This document shows positions 53,577-63,764 of a stretch of DNA of 64,000 bases, one piece after another. Positions within the stretch are counted from its first letter, which is position 1. Every line of letters starts with the position of its first letter. This DNA is from an uncultured Clostridia bacterium (lineage in GTDB: Bacteria > Bacillota > Clostridia > Oscillospirales > CAG-272). The translations under genes and the position numbers were made by a program. The notes beneath the pieces are model-generated. The model was not told the origin of the DNA, made no database searches, and worked only from the letters and a program-made list of their open reading frames with translations. The stretch is from contig CANQQT010000003.1 of assembly GCA_947626065.1 (NCBI GenBank), positions 45,618-109,617 on the forward strand, given 5' to 3'.

Positions 53577-55092
53577 AATCCTTTGCCGCGTCTTTGCCGT
53601 TTTACCGGCGCTTCTTTTGCAGGCGCTCTGGCTGTTGATTCTCTTCCGCTGGCTTGCCCCGTGGGCGACGGCGATCAGCGTCTTTCTCTCCTTTCTCGCC
53701 TTGATTTTTGTGCTCTATCTCATCACGAAGCAGGAGGAGAGCACCTATAAAATCCTCTGGCTGTTGATAATTCTCACCTTTCCCCTTCCCGGCGCTCTTC
53801 TCTACCTCCTTTTCGGAAACAAAAGAACCACCCGGCCCCTCCGGAAGAAGCTGGAAAAGGCCCCGCCTCTTCCGGCGCGAAGTTCTTCCCCCGCCGTTTC
53901 GGCGGCCCTTGAAAAGGAGAATCGCCGGCTTTCCCAAACCTTTCGCTGGGTGGAGGAGAAAACCGGCTTTCCCCTCGCGGTCAACCGGGGCGCGACCTAT
54001 TATCCCCTCGGCGACACGATGTTTCCCGACCTCCTTTCCGAGCTGAAAAAGGCGGAAAAATTCATCTTCATTGAGTATTTTATCGTCGAAAGCGGGAAAA
54101 TGTGGGATTCCATCACCGAAATTCTCGCCGAAAAGGCTTCGCAGGGAGTCGACGTTCGCGTCATGTACGACGATCTCGGGAGCCTTTCGACCTACACGAA
54201 GAAAGAGGCCGAGGCGCTGAGAAAAAAGGGAATCCGCTGTGTCTCCTTCAATCCCCTGATTCTGATCAAGGGGACGCTGAACTGTCGGGATCACAGGAAA
54301 ATGACGGTGATCGACGGCCGAGTCGCCTTCAGCGGCGGGGTCAATCTGGCCGACGAGTATATCAATCATATCGAAAAGTACGGCCACTGGAAGGACGTCG
54401 GCTTCCGCCTCACCGGGGAGGCGGTTCGGAATTATACGGAAATGTTCGCGCAGTTCTGGAACGCCTTCGGGGGAGAGAAAATCCCCGACGAATTTCTGAG
54501 CGCGGCTCCGGTCGGGAAGGACGATTCCACCGGACAGGACTCTCCCGACGGGCTGGTTTTGAGCTATTACGACTCCCCGCTCCGGGAGGACGCGGTGTCG
54601 AACGGGCTCTATATCGATCTGCTCTCGCAGGCGAAGGAAACGGCGTGGTTCTTCACGCCTTATCTGATGCCGGGAAACGCTCTGCTTGACGCCTTTCTCC
54701 GGGCGGTAGCCCGTGGGGTGGATGTCCGCATCATCATGCCCGGCATTCCCGACAAGAAGCTTGTCTACAGGATGTCAAGGAGCTTTTATCCGGTTCTCCT
54801 CGACGCCGGTGTGAAGATTTACGAATACACGCCGGGCTTTGTCCATGCCAAGGCCTGCCTGATTGACGGGGAGGTCGGGACGGTGGGAACCGTCAACCTC
54901 GATTACCGCAGTCTCTTCCTGCATTTTGAGAACAACGCGCTCTTCTACCGCGCGTCGCTGCTGACGGAGCTGAAAAAGGACTTTCTTGAGACGCAGGAGA
55001 AGTGCGAAGAAAGAAAGGCCGGGGACGTGAAAAAGGGCTTTTTCAGGTGGATGGTTGACGGAATCCTCCGGATTTTCGCGCCGCTTTGCTGA
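53569..55092 (+). CDS. cls: Cardiolipin synthase
   Basis: Two N-terminal TM helices are followed by two HKD motifs (HRKMTVIDGRVAFSGGVNL and HAKACLIDGEVGTVGTVNLD). The gene overlaps the upstream gene by 8 nt. Confidence 0.9.
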   Translation: MNKILCRVFAVLPALLLQALWLLILFRWLAPWATAISVFLSFLALIFVLYLITKQEESTYKILWLLIILTFPLPGALLYLLFGNKRTTRPLRKKLEKAPPLPARSSSPAVSAALEKENRRLSQTFRWVEEKTGFPLAVNRGATYYPLGDTMFPDLLSELKKAEKFIFIEYFIVESGKMWDSITEILAEKASQGVDVRVMYDDLGSLSTYTKKEAEALRKKGIRCVSFNPLILIKGTLNCRDHRKMTVIDGRVAFSGGVNLADEYINHIEKYGHWKDVGFRLTGEAVRNYTEMFAQFWNAFGGEKIPDEFLSAAPVGKDDSTGQDSPDGLVLSYYDSPLREDAVSNGLYIDLLSQAKETAWFFTPYLMPGNALLDAFLRAVARGVDVRIIMPGIPDKKLVYRMSRSFYPVLLDAGVKIYEYTPGFVHAKACLIDGEVGTVGTVNLDYRSLFLHFENNALFYRASLLTELKKDFLETQEKCEERKAGDVKKGFFRWMVDGILRIFAPLC

Positions 55093-55167
55093 ATTTTGCC
55101 CCGCTTCGGGAGTAATGGGGCTTGGGAGCCGCTTACAGCCTTTGAGAAAGTGAGAAAGGAGGACGGT

Positions 55168-56016
55168 ATGGCGTTTGGGAAAAAAGCGCGGACGAAAAAG
55201 GCAAAAGAAACGAGTCGCGGGGAGAAACCGGGACGACCGGGAGAGAAAGCGCCGACCTCCGCCGAGGCGACAGAAGAAAACGCCGTCGATATTGCCGCAG
55301 GCGTTGCTTCCGGGGCGGAAGTCAAAGCCGTTTCGGAGGCCGCCGCACACACGGGAGGAGTCGTTACAGAAACCGCCGCGAAAACGACAGCAGAAACCGC
55401 CGCCGAAACTGCCGATCCCGCGCCGGACAACACGTCAACCGCCCCGCGCGGGGACGCCCCGTCTTCCGGATGGGAACGGTACGAAGAAGACGGCTGCGTC
55501 TTTGTCTTCGACAGGGGAAAGACGGAGGAATACTATAAAAGCCATTCTCTTTGCAGCTGTGGGCACTGCCGGAATTTCTACCGGCAGATCGGCGGGCGCT
55601 TCCCGGTGTTGGAGGAATTTCTGGCGCTCTTCGGCGCCGATATCACAAGGCCGGACGAAACCCTGCCAATGACTCTTCCGGCGGCAAAATCGGGGGACGC
55701 GGTCGAATACATCAGCGTCGACTATACCGTCTGCGGAAAAGTGGAAAAAACGGGGACCGGGGAGATCACGCTTTTTGACGGGCGGCCCTTTAAAATCGCG
55801 GTGACCGACGGGTTTGCCTCCCCGAACGAACAGACGGGGGATTATTTTACCCTTTCGGTGGAAAACGTGGTTCTTCCTTGGGAAGAGCCTCCGGCCGAAG
55901 AGATTTCAGCCGAAAAACTTTCGACAGAGAAAAATGCCGCTGGGGCGCGGAAAGGCTCCCTCCTCCGCGGCGGGAAGGGGAAAGGATTTTTCGGCGTACA
56001 CAAGAAAAAATCCTGA
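55168..56016 (+). CDS. Hypothetical protein with disordered basic/Ala-Thr-rich N-terminus and a Cys/His motif
   Basis: ATG 55168 follows GAAAGGAGGA. The globular part contains SLCSCGHCRNFY. I do not recognise the family. Confidence 0.5.
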   Translation: MAFGKKARTKKAKETSRGEKPGRPGEKAPTSAEATEENAVDIAAGVASGAEVKAVSEAAAHTGGVVTETAAKTTAETAAETADPAPDNTSTAPRGDAPSSGWERYEEDGCVFVFDRGKTEEYYKSHSLCSCGHCRNFYRQIGGRFPVLEEFLALFGADITRPDETLPMTLPAAKSGDAVEYISVDYTVCGKVEKTGTGEITLFDGRPFKIAVTDGFASPNEQTGDYFTLSVENVVLPWEEPPAEEISAEKLSTEKNAAGARKGSLLRGGKGKGFFGVHKKKS

Positions 56017-56444
56017 AAATCGGCGCGGCGACAGACAACAGGCGACAGGTAACAGACAACAGATAACGGGTAACAGGCGACAGGCAACGGATGACAAACG
56101 ACAAAGAAAAAGCTCTTGACTCTGACGGCGGTCGGTCAAGGGCTTTCTTCATTCTTTCGTGGGGCGCGTCGGGCTTTGATGTGGCGTTTTTGGGTGCAGA
56201 GCTTTTTGGGTGCGGTGGCTTTGATATGGCGATTTTTATGGCGCGATGGTTTTAACGCGGCGTTTTTACGTTTCTCTCTTTGCGCAGAGAATTTTTGGAG
56301 GCATTTGGCCCGTGGCGGTCATGGTGGACAATCTTTTTTCGCGGTTGTTTTTGACACGGGAGTCTTTTGGCCCGGCGTTTCTCGGCGCGGCGGCTTTTTG
56401 CGCAGATTTTTTGAGGGCGGGATCGCGCCGCGTTCCGCTGTTTC
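56017..56444. repeat. Degenerate repeat tract (two motif families)
   Basis: 56030..56100 carries (A/G)ACAGGCGACAGGTAACAGACAAC-like units. 56160..56440 carries ggctttgat(g/a)tggcg(a/t)tttt, gggtgc(a/g)g and gcgg... variants. Confidence 0.7.
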
Positions 56445-57749
56445 TCAGCCCCGGCGGAATTTGGCCATGAAAAAGCCGTCGGTGCCGTGTTCGTCGGGGA
56501 AGAACGTGGCTCGTGCCTCCCCGAACGGCATATTCTCCGCGTCGGGGGCAAATGCGGAATGCTCCCGCAGGAATCGGTCGGCGACGGCCTCGTTTTCCTC
56601 CTTGTTGATCGTGCAGGTGGAGTAGAGCAGGACGCCGCCCGGCTTTACGTAGGAGGCGGCGGTGTCGAGAATGCGGTACTGAATCTCCGGCAGTCTTGAC
56701 AGCTCCTCCGGGGATTTGCGGCGGAGGTCCGGCTTCTTGGCGATCACGCCGAGGCCGGAGCAGGGAACGTCGCAGAGCACCCGGTCGGCCTTTGAAAGGA
56801 GCTCCTCCCTCCGCTGGGTTCCGTTCTGCACGGCGGTGCTGAGAATGCCGATGCCGAGGCGGTCGGCTCCCTTTTCTACCAGCGAGAGCTTGGAGGCGTG
56901 GAGGTCGAGGCAAAGGATTTTCCCTCGGTTTTCCATCGCCATGGCCATGCCGAAGCTCTTTCCGCCGGGGCAGGAGCAGGTATCGACGACAAATTCCCCC
57001 GGCCTTGCCCCGACGGCGAGGGAACAGAGCTGGGAGGACTCGTCCTGAACGAAGCAGAGCCCCTCCGTAAGTGGGGTGAGGGAGGACACCGGCGTAAATT
57101 CGTCGAGGAGAACGCCGACAGGGGAGTATGAAGTCGGCTCACAGGCAAGCCCTTCGGCGCGGAGCCTCTCAAGCAGTCCCTCCCGGTCGGTTTTCAGCGT
57201 GTTTGCGCGGAGCGTGATGCGGGGATTGCGGTTGATTCCCTGCAAAAGCCCCTCCGCCCGCTCCTCGCCGTACTGGTCGGCCCAGAGCTTACAGAGCCAC
57301 GGCGGGCAGGAATATTTGACCGAATAGTAGGAAAGGCTCCCCTTTTCCGGGAGGGGAAGCTTTTCCTTCCCCCGCGCCACGGCACGAAGAACGCCGTTTA
57401 CGAAGCCGGAGGCTCCCCGGTGGGAATGAAGCTTGGCCAGCTCTACGCACTCGTTGCAGGCGGCGCTGTCCGGCACTCGGTCGAGGCAGAGGATCTGATA
57501 GACGCCGAGGCGGAGAATCGGCAAAAGCGCCGGCTCGATTTTTTCCGGCGGGACGGAGGAGAAGCGGGAGATGACGTAGTCGAGAAAAATCTGCTTTTCG
57601 ATGACGCCGTAGACAAGGGCCGTGTAAAAGGCACGGTCGTAGCCGGTAAATCCGTATCTTTTGATGGAGGAATCGACCTCAAGATTGGAATATTTTCCCT
57701 CCTTTTCACAGCGGACAAGGGAAAGATAAGCGGCATCTCTTACGTCCAT
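56445..57749 (-). CDS. rsmB: 16S rRNA (cytosine967-C5)-methyltransferase
   Basis: An N-terminal NusB-like domain is followed by SAM and catalytic motifs (DTCSCPGGKS, DVPCSGLG, YSTCT). Confidence 0.9.
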   Translation of the reverse strand: MDVRDAAYLSLVRCEKEGKYSNLEVDSSIKRYGFTGYDRAFYTALVYGVIEKQIFLDYVISRFSSVPPEKIEPALLPILRLGVYQILCLDRVPDSAACNECVELAKLHSHRGASGFVNGVLRAVARGKEKLPLPEKGSLSYYSVKYSCPPWLCKLWADQYGEERAEGLLQGINRNPRITLRANTLKTDREGLLERLRAEGLACEPTSYSPVGVLLDEFTPVSSLTPLTEGLCFVQDESSQLCSLAVGARPGEFVVDTCSCPGGKSFGMAMAMENRGKILCLDLHASKLSLVEKGADRLGIGILSTAVQNGTQRREELLSKADRVLCDVPCSGLGVIAKKPDLRRKSPEELSRLPEIQYRILDTAASYVKPGGVLLYSTCTINKEENEAVADRFLREHSAFAPDAENMPFGEARATFFPDEHGTDGFFMAKFRRG

Positions 57750-57832
57750 GAAAAAAACGTCCTTTCAAAAAAATCGCCTCCCCGCCCCGGAAAAGGGCTT
57801 CCGGGGGCTTGGGAAGAGAGGCGAAGGGAGAT

Positions 57833-58525
57833 TTATCTGCGGTCGTTTCTGCGGTTTCCCGAAACGATGACGAGCAGTCGGAGCAGGGAAGCGAGGGCGC
57901 TGAAGAGCGCCGCCACGTAGGTGAGGGCCGCGGCGGTCAAGACCTTCCTTGCCCCCTTGACCTCGTCGACCTCAAGAATTTCCTCCTTCAGAACCGCCAG
58001 CGCCCGGCGGCTGGCGTTGAATTCCGTCGGGAGGGTAACAAGCTGAAAGAGAACGACGGTTCCGAAGAGGAGAATCCCCACGTAGGCGAGGGGATAGAAG
58101 CCGAACAGGAGCCCGATGAGAATCAGCGGGGTGCTGAGTCCCGAGCCGAACTGTGTGATCGGGACAATGGCGGAGCGGAGCTTGATCGGAAAGTAGCCGG
58201 TGGCGTGCTGGATGGCGTGCCCCACCTCATGCGCGGCGACGCCGATGGCCGCCACCGAGCTCTTCCCGTAGACGGTCTGAGAGAGGGAAACGGTGTTGCT
58301 TCGCGGGTCGAAATGGTCGGTGAGATCCCCGGCAATCGGGACGATGCGGACGTAGGTCAGGCCGTTTTTGTCGAGGATCCGCCGGGCTACCTGATCGGCT
58401 GTGTAGCCCCGCCGGGAGAGAATTTTTCCGTATTTTGCGTAGGTGGTTTTGACGTTGATCTGCGCAAGCATCGATATAATCAGAAAGGGAACGACGAAAA
58501 CAAAATAGGTCCAATCCCAGTACAT
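57833..58525 (-). CDS. Membrane zinc metallopeptidase (PF04298-like)
   Basis: MYWDWTYFVFVVP is followed by an HEXXH motif (AHEVGHAIQH). The start was set at ATG 58525 (GAAGGAGGG RBS) rather than the track start 58585. Confidence 0.85.
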   Translation of the reverse strand: MYWDWTYFVFVVPFLIISMLAQINVKTTYAKYGKILSRRGYTADQVARRILDKNGLTYVRIVPIAGDLTDHFDPRSNTVSLSQTVYGKSSVAAIGVAAHEVGHAIQHATGYFPIKLRSAIVPITQFGSGLSTPLILIGLLFGFYPLAYVGILLFGTVVLFQLVTLPTEFNASRRALAVLKEEILEVDEVKGARKVLTAAALTYVAALFSALASLLRLLVIVSGNRRNDRR

Positions 58526-58526
58526 A

Positions 58527-59588
58527 TTATCCCTCCTTCGGGCGTCGACCGTCGGGCTGTGCGGCGTCGGGCTGTGCATGGTCATGCACTACATGGTCAT
58601 GCACTACGGTCTCCTCGGGGCGCTTGCCGTCCGCCGGTGCGGAATCCTCCGGGCGCCTGTCGGCCAGCCGCTCACCCGCGGTGAGTCGGTTCCCGTTTGT
58701 GTAGTCGGAGGCGCTCATCCGCTTCTTTCCCGCCGGCAGCAGCTCCCTGATCGCCACGCATTTTCCATCTCCGCAGACGACGGTGATTTCCTTCCCGACC
58801 CCGACGACGCTCCCCGGAGCAAGGTCACTTACCGTCTCGGAAAGCGACGCGGCAATCAGCTTGAGTCCCGCGCCGCCTCGGGTAACAAAGGCGAGCGGGA
58901 AGGGGGAGAGCCCCCGGATCTGATTGTAGACCTCCCACGCGGGCCGGTTAAAGTCGACCTCGCAGTCGCTTTTTTCGATTTTCTTTGCGTAGGTGGCAAG
59001 GGCGGGGTTCTGTTTTTCCCGTTTGGCGCTTCCGTCAAGGATCGCGGGCAGAATTTTCATCAGTGCCTCCGCTCCGGCCTTCGCCATTTTGTCGAAGAGG
59101 GTTTCGGCGTTGTCGGCAAGGTCGATGGCCACCGGCATCCGATATAAGATATCCCCGGTGTCAAGTCCCTCGTCCATCACCATGACGGTGATTCCGGTTT
59201 CGCTTTTCCCGTCAAGAAGAGCCCGCTGAATCGGCGCGGCGCCGCGGTAGGCGGGAAGGAGGGAGCCGTGGATATTGATACAGCCGTATTTGGGATAGTC
59301 GAGGACGAATTTCGGCAGGATTTTCCCATAGGCGGCCACCACGATCATCTCGGGGTCGCAGTCCTTCAAAAAGGCCTCAAAGGCCCCGTCGCGCAGAGTC
59401 TGCGGCTGAAACACCGGCAGGTTATGCCCGGCGGCCCAGACCTTGACGGAGGGCGGCGTCAGGGCATACCCTCTTCCCTTCGGGCGGTCGGGCTGTGTGA
59501 CGACCGTCAGGGAAAATTTCCCGCTTTCGTATAGGGCCGCGAGGGAGGAGACGGCGAAATCCGGCGTCCCCATGAACAGTATTCTCAT
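58527..59588 (-). CDS. fmt: Methionyl-tRNA formyltransferase with repeat-derived C-terminal extension
   Basis: MRILFMGTPDFAV and HGSLLPAYRGAAPIQ motifs are present. The last approximately 45 aa (…VVHDHVVHDHAQPDAAQPD…) derive from tandem 15-nt duplications. Confidence 0.93.
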   Translation of the reverse strand: MRILFMGTPDFAVSSLAALYESGKFSLTVVTQPDRPKGRGYALTPPSVKVWAAGHNLPVFQPQTLRDGAFEAFLKDCDPEMIVVAAYGKILPKFVLDYPKYGCINIHGSLLPAYRGAAPIQRALLDGKSETGITVMVMDEGLDTGDILYRMPVAIDLADNAETLFDKMAKAGAEALMKILPAILDGSAKREKQNPALATYAKKIEKSDCEVDFNRPAWEVYNQIRGLSPFPLAFVTRGGAGLKLIAASLSETVSDLAPGSVVGVGKEITVVCGDGKCVAIRELLPAGKKRMSASDYTNGNRLTAGERLADRRPEDSAPADGKRPEETVVHDHVVHDHAQPDAAQPDGRRPKEG

Positions 59589-59618
59589 TCGGAAAAGACC
59601 TCCTGTCGGGAAAAGGAC

Positions 59619-60098
59619 TCAGTCCTCTTCCTCCACTTCCTCGTCGTCCAGCATCCGGATTGCCTTGTCGGTGTAGAGAATGCCGTCGAGGTGGTCGAGC
59701 TCATGGCAGAAGGCCCGCGCCTTCAGGCCCGACCCCGTCGTCTCAAACCATTCCCCTTTCCGGTTCATGGCCCGCACGGTGACGGTCATCGGGCGGTCGG
59801 TAATGCCCCATTCGTCAGGGATGGAGAGACAGCCCTCCATCTCCTGCTGGCGCTCCTCCGACGCCGAGACGATTTCGGGGTTGATAAGCTCGATAAGCTC
59901 TCCCGGCTCGGTCTCCACCAGCACCACCCGGCGAAGAACGCCGACCTGCACGGCGGCGAGTCCGGCGCCCTGCGCCTTGTGAAGGGTGTCCTTCATGTCG
60001 TCGAGGAGCCGGAGAATGCGGGGGGTGATTTCCTCCACGGGGCGACTGTGCTTCCGCAGAATGTCGTCCTCTTTTGTTATTATCTTTAAAATAGCCAT
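59619..60098 (-). CDS. def: Peptide deformylase
   Basis: Motifs GAGLAAVQVG, EGCLSIP and HELDHLDG are present. The start was chosen at MAILKIITKEDD. Confidence 0.93.
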   Translation of the reverse strand: MAILKIITKEDDILRKHSRPVEEITPRILRLLDDMKDTLHKAQGAGLAAVQVGVLRRVVLVETEPGELIELINPEIVSASEERQQEMEGCLSIPDEWGITDRPMTVTVRAMNRKGEWFETTGSGLKARAFCHELDHLDGILYTDKAIRMLDDEEVEEED

Positions 60099-60131
60099 CT
60101 TTATTCCTTTTCCTTTCTGCCGGGTCAAAAA

Positions 60132-62642
60132 TCAGAGCCCGGAGGGGTTGACGTCGACCGAAACGGTGATTTTCCCTCCGACCGTGCGGCAGAATTCTGT
60201 GTAGATTTCCGCGATCATCTTTCTCGTCATGGGGCCGAAGCGGCACTTGACGACCAGTCGGACGCGATAGATCTCGTTGATTTTGTAGAGCGGCGCCTCC
60301 ATCGGGCCGAAGAGCGCGACCGAGAGGGAGGGATATTTTTGGCTGTTGACGGTGTTTATGAGCTCCGCAAGGGAGTTTGCCGCCGCCATCAGCTCGTTTT
60401 CCGCCTCGGAGGAGAGGGTGAAGAGAAGCAGGTCGCAGAAGGGCGGGAAGAGCAGGGAGCGCCGCAGGGCGATTTCGTTTTCGTACATCTCCTCGTAGTT
60501 CTGCGAAGCGGCGGTACGAAGGACGGGATGATCGGGGGAGAAGGTCTGAATCAGCGCGCAGCCCTTCTTTTCTCCCCGTCCGGCGCGGCCGACGACCTGC
60601 GTGATGAGGTCGAAGGTTCTCTCGTTGGCCCGGAAATCGTTCAGATACAGGGAGGCGTCGGCATGGATGACGCCGACGAGGGTGACGTTGGGGAAATCGT
60701 GCCCCTTGGTGATCATCTGCGTTCCCACCATGATATCGACGCATCTTTCGCGGAAGCGCTGGATGCCTTCCTCATATTCCGCCCGCGTGGTCGTCGTATC
60801 GGCGTCCATTCGCGAGATGCCGGCCTCCGGGAAAAGGCGGTCGAGCTCATCCTCCACCAGTTGCGTGCCGTAGCCGACCCTTTTCAGCGTCTCGTTTCCG
60901 CAGGAGGGGCACTTCTCCGGCACCGGCGTCTTGGTCCCGCAGTAATGGCAGTAGAGATATCCCCGCCCCGTCTTGGGGGAGGTGTGGTAAGTATAGGAAA
61001 CGCTGCAGTGGGGGCAGGTCAGAACCTCTCCGCAGAGGGGGCAGGAGAGGAAGCGGCTGTAGCCTCTCTGATTGATGAAGAGAATGGCCTGTTCCTTGCG
61101 TTTTAAGGTTTCCTCCAGCCGCTTTTTCAGCTCCGCGCTGATGGGGGAGGTGTTTCCCGCCCGCGCCTCCTCCCGCATATCGGCGAAGAAGGTCTCGGGC
61201 AGAGGAGCGTCTCTGTAGCGTTTTTTGAGTGTGATGAGGGTATATTTTCCCTCCTTGGCCTTCTTGAAGCTCTCGATGGAGGGGGTGGCGGAGGCGAGAA
61301 GCAGTACGGCGTTGTGCTTGGTACAGCGGTAGCGGGCGACGTCCCGCGCGTGGTACTTCGGATCCATGTCGGACTTGTAGGTGTGCTCCTGCTCCTCGTC
61401 GAGGACGATCAGGCCGATGTTCTTGAAGGGCGCGAAAATCGCCGAGCGGGTGCCGATGCAGAGATCGGCCTCTCCGGCCTCGATTTTGCGCCATGCGTCC
61501 CAGCGCTCTCTTCTTGTCAGGCCCGAGTGGAGAACGACGGCGCGATCCCCGAAGGCCGTGCGGAAAATCCGCACCGTCTGAGGAGTCAGGGCGATTTCCG
61601 GGACGAGGAGAATCACCGATTTTCCCGCTTCGACGACCTCCTTCATCACGGCCAGCATGACGTTGGTCTTCCCGCTTCCCGTCACGCCGTGCAAAAGGGC
61701 GGCCTGCGGCGTGCCGAGGCGGCAGAGGGAGAGAATTTGTTCCTTCGCGGCCTCCTGCTCCTCGTTCAAACCGTCGGGGATCGGGTGAAAGACAACCTCG
61801 GTGCTGCGGTAAGGGTCTTCGTAGATTGCCTCTGTGGAGAGGCGGACGATCTTTTTGTTCGCAAGCGCCGTGAGCGTGGGACGGGAAACGCCACAGCTTT
61901 TCCAAAGCTCCGGAACGGCGGTTTTCCCATAGAGGAGAAGGGCGCGCAGAGCCTCCTTCTGCTTTTCCCCACGGACGGAGCGGAGCAGGGATTCCTCGTC
62001 GGGCAGCTGGTATTCCTCGGTGAGCTCCGCGTATTCCACCGTCGAAATGCGTGCGTCGATGAAGCGCGACTCCCGGCGCAGAATCCCGGCGGCGGTCAGC
62101 TTGTCGAGAATCCGGGGCGTGGAGGGGCCGCAGTCCCGGAGAAGCTTTTCCTCCTGCGTCGGCCCGTGCGCGGTAAGATACAGATAAAGAGTCTTTTCCC
62201 GCGGGGTGAGGGAGGAAAGCGTCTCCTCCTCCCGGTCCTCCTCCGCTTGGTCTTCTTCCTTCTTTTCCGGCTTTACGATGGAATAGTAGTCCTTGAGCCT
62301 CGTCAGAGCCGCCGAGGGAATCATGGCCCGCACCGCGTCTCCCACCGAACAGAGGAAATGCTCCTTCATGTAGAAGCAGAGGCCGATCTGCTCCCCGTCG
62401 AGCTTGATGTCCCGGCAGACGGGGGAAATGACGGGCTTCAGCTTTTCGTATTCGGAAGCAGAAACAAGCTCGCTTACAAGGGCGAGCTTTTTCCGGTTTC
62501 CCTTGCCGAAGGGAACCGCCACCAGTCCGCCGACGGTGAGGCTGCCTCTCAGCTCCTCGGGAATATAATAGTCATACGGCTTGTCAATGTGGTACGGGGC
62601 GTCGAGAAGATAGACCCGTGCCACCGAGCTCTCCTTTGCCAT
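60132..62642 (-). CDS. priA: Primosomal protein N' (replication restart helicase PriA)
   Basis: Walker A is GVTGSGKT and the DEEQEH box is present. There is a Cys-rich zinc insertion (CPLCG...CPHCS...CHYCG...CPSCG). The protein is 836 aa. Confidence 0.93.
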   Translation of the reverse strand: MAKESSVARVYLLDAPYHIDKPYDYYIPEELRGSLTVGGLVAVPFGKGNRKKLALVSELVSASEYEKLKPVISPVCRDIKLDGEQIGLCFYMKEHFLCSVGDAVRAMIPSAALTRLKDYYSIVKPEKKEEDQAEEDREEETLSSLTPREKTLYLYLTAHGPTQEEKLLRDCGPSTPRILDKLTAAGILRRESRFIDARISTVEYAELTEEYQLPDEESLLRSVRGEKQKEALRALLLYGKTAVPELWKSCGVSRPTLTALANKKIVRLSTEAIYEDPYRSTEVVFHPIPDGLNEEQEAAKEQILSLCRLGTPQAALLHGVTGSGKTNVMLAVMKEVVEAGKSVILLVPEIALTPQTVRIFRTAFGDRAVVLHSGLTRRERWDAWRKIEAGEADLCIGTRSAIFAPFKNIGLIVLDEEQEHTYKSDMDPKYHARDVARYRCTKHNAVLLLASATPSIESFKKAKEGKYTLITLKKRYRDAPLPETFFADMREEARAGNTSPISAELKKRLEETLKRKEQAILFINQRGYSRFLSCPLCGEVLTCPHCSVSYTYHTSPKTGRGYLYCHYCGTKTPVPEKCPSCGNETLKRVGYGTQLVEDELDRLFPEAGISRMDADTTTTRAEYEEGIQRFRERCVDIMVGTQMITKGHDFPNVTLVGVIHADASLYLNDFRANERTFDLITQVVGRAGRGEKKGCALIQTFSPDHPVLRTAASQNYEEMYENEIALRRSLLFPPFCDLLLFTLSSEAENELMAAANSLAELINTVNSQKYPSLSVALFGPMEAPLYKINEIYRVRLVVKCRFGPMTRKMIAEIYTEFCRTVGGKITVSVDVNPSGL

Positions 62643-62649
62643 CGGCGGG

Positions 62650-62934
62650 TCAGCGGTTCAGATTGGGGTTGAGGGAGTCGTCGTTGATCTTGTACTCTCC
62701 CTGATAGAGCCGGTTGATCCCGATGCGCACCGCCTTTTCGTCCCGGAAGTCCTTTTTGATCAGGGAAGCGAGGCTCTTGTCGGTCTCTTTGTTGGCAAGC
62801 ATCCGCTCGGCGTTCTCCCGCTGGCTGACGTATTCGTCGGTCACCATTCTTGCGCACTTGGCGACGGCGATCACAAGGGTGTAGCGGTTGTATTTGTTGT
62901 TTTGTGTCAGTTCGTCTACAGAAGGATAAATCAT
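62650..62934 (-). CDS. rpoZ: DNA-directed RNA polymerase subunit omega
   Basis: NRYTLVIAVAKCARMV is the omega core. The gene lies between gmk and priA, as in Firmicutes. Confidence 0.85.
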   Translation of the reverse strand: MIYPSVDELTQNNKYNRYTLVIAVAKCARMVTDEYVSQRENAERMLANKETDKSLASLIKKDFRDEKAVRIGINRLYQGEYKINDDSLNPNLNR

Positions 62935-63113
62935 GGCTTGGTACCGTTCCTTTTTCCGATAAAGAATTTTTTACGTATGAATGGAATTTATGAGCTTATG
63001 AAGCTGTCGGGAGCCTTTGCTTCCGGCGAATCTCCGTTTTCGCCGGATCCCGGTTTCGGTTTGCTGGTTTGCCGGGCTGACGGTTTCCCGCGTTGCCCCG
63101 GCTTCCGGGTTTC

Positions 63114-63746
63114 TCAGTCCTCCGGCGCGGGGAAAAGCCTTTTCACGTCGTCGAGCGTGCGGAAAACGCGGTGCTTTTCGCTTTCGACAATCGCCGCGAT
63201 TGTGGCGGCGGCCTCCTCGGCGTGGCCGGTCCGGTTGACGACCGCGTAGTCGTACTGCCCGATGAGGGAAAATTCCGTCAGCGCCTTTTTCATCCGGTTT
63301 TCGATGTCGTCGGCGGTGTTGGTTCCCCTTCCGACCAGCCGGGCCCGGAGCGTTTCGTAGTCGGGCGGGAGAACGAAGACCGTCACCGCCTCGGGGAAGA
63401 GGCGCTTGATGTTCATCGCGCCCTCCACTTCGATTTCGAGGATGAGGTTTTTCCCGTCGTCGAGCTTGGAAAGCTCGCTTTTCATCGTACCGTAATAGTT
63501 GCCGCAGTAATAGGTATACTCGATGACGTTTCCTTCCCGGATTTCCTTTTCAAAGGCCTCCTTGGTGATGAAGCGGTACTCTCTTCCGTCCACCTCGCCG
63601 GGACGGGGAGGCCGGGTTGTCGCCGAGACGGAAAACGCATATCCCTCGTGATTTTTCAGAAGGTTGGCGGTCACCGTTCCCTTTCCGGTTCCGGCGGCGC
63701 CGGAGACGACAAGGAGAATGCCGCGTGGGGGAAGAAGGGTTGTCAT
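63114..63746 (-). CDS. gmk: Guanylate kinase
   Basis: A P-loop (SGAAGTGKGT) and the motifs TTRPPRPGEVDGREY and CGNYYGT are present. The start was chosen at ATG 63746. Confidence 0.92.
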   Translation of the reverse strand: MTTLLPPRGILLVVSGAAGTGKGTVTANLLKNHEGYAFSVSATTRPPRPGEVDGREYRFITKEAFEKEIREGNVIEYTYYCGNYYGTMKSELSKLDDGKNLILEIEVEGAMNIKRLFPEAVTVFVLPPDYETLRARLVGRGTNTADDIENRMKKALTEFSLIGQYDYAVVNRTGHAEEAAATIAAIVESEKHRVFRTLDDVKRLFPAPED

Positions 63747-63764
63747 AGGAAGCACCTCTTTTGC

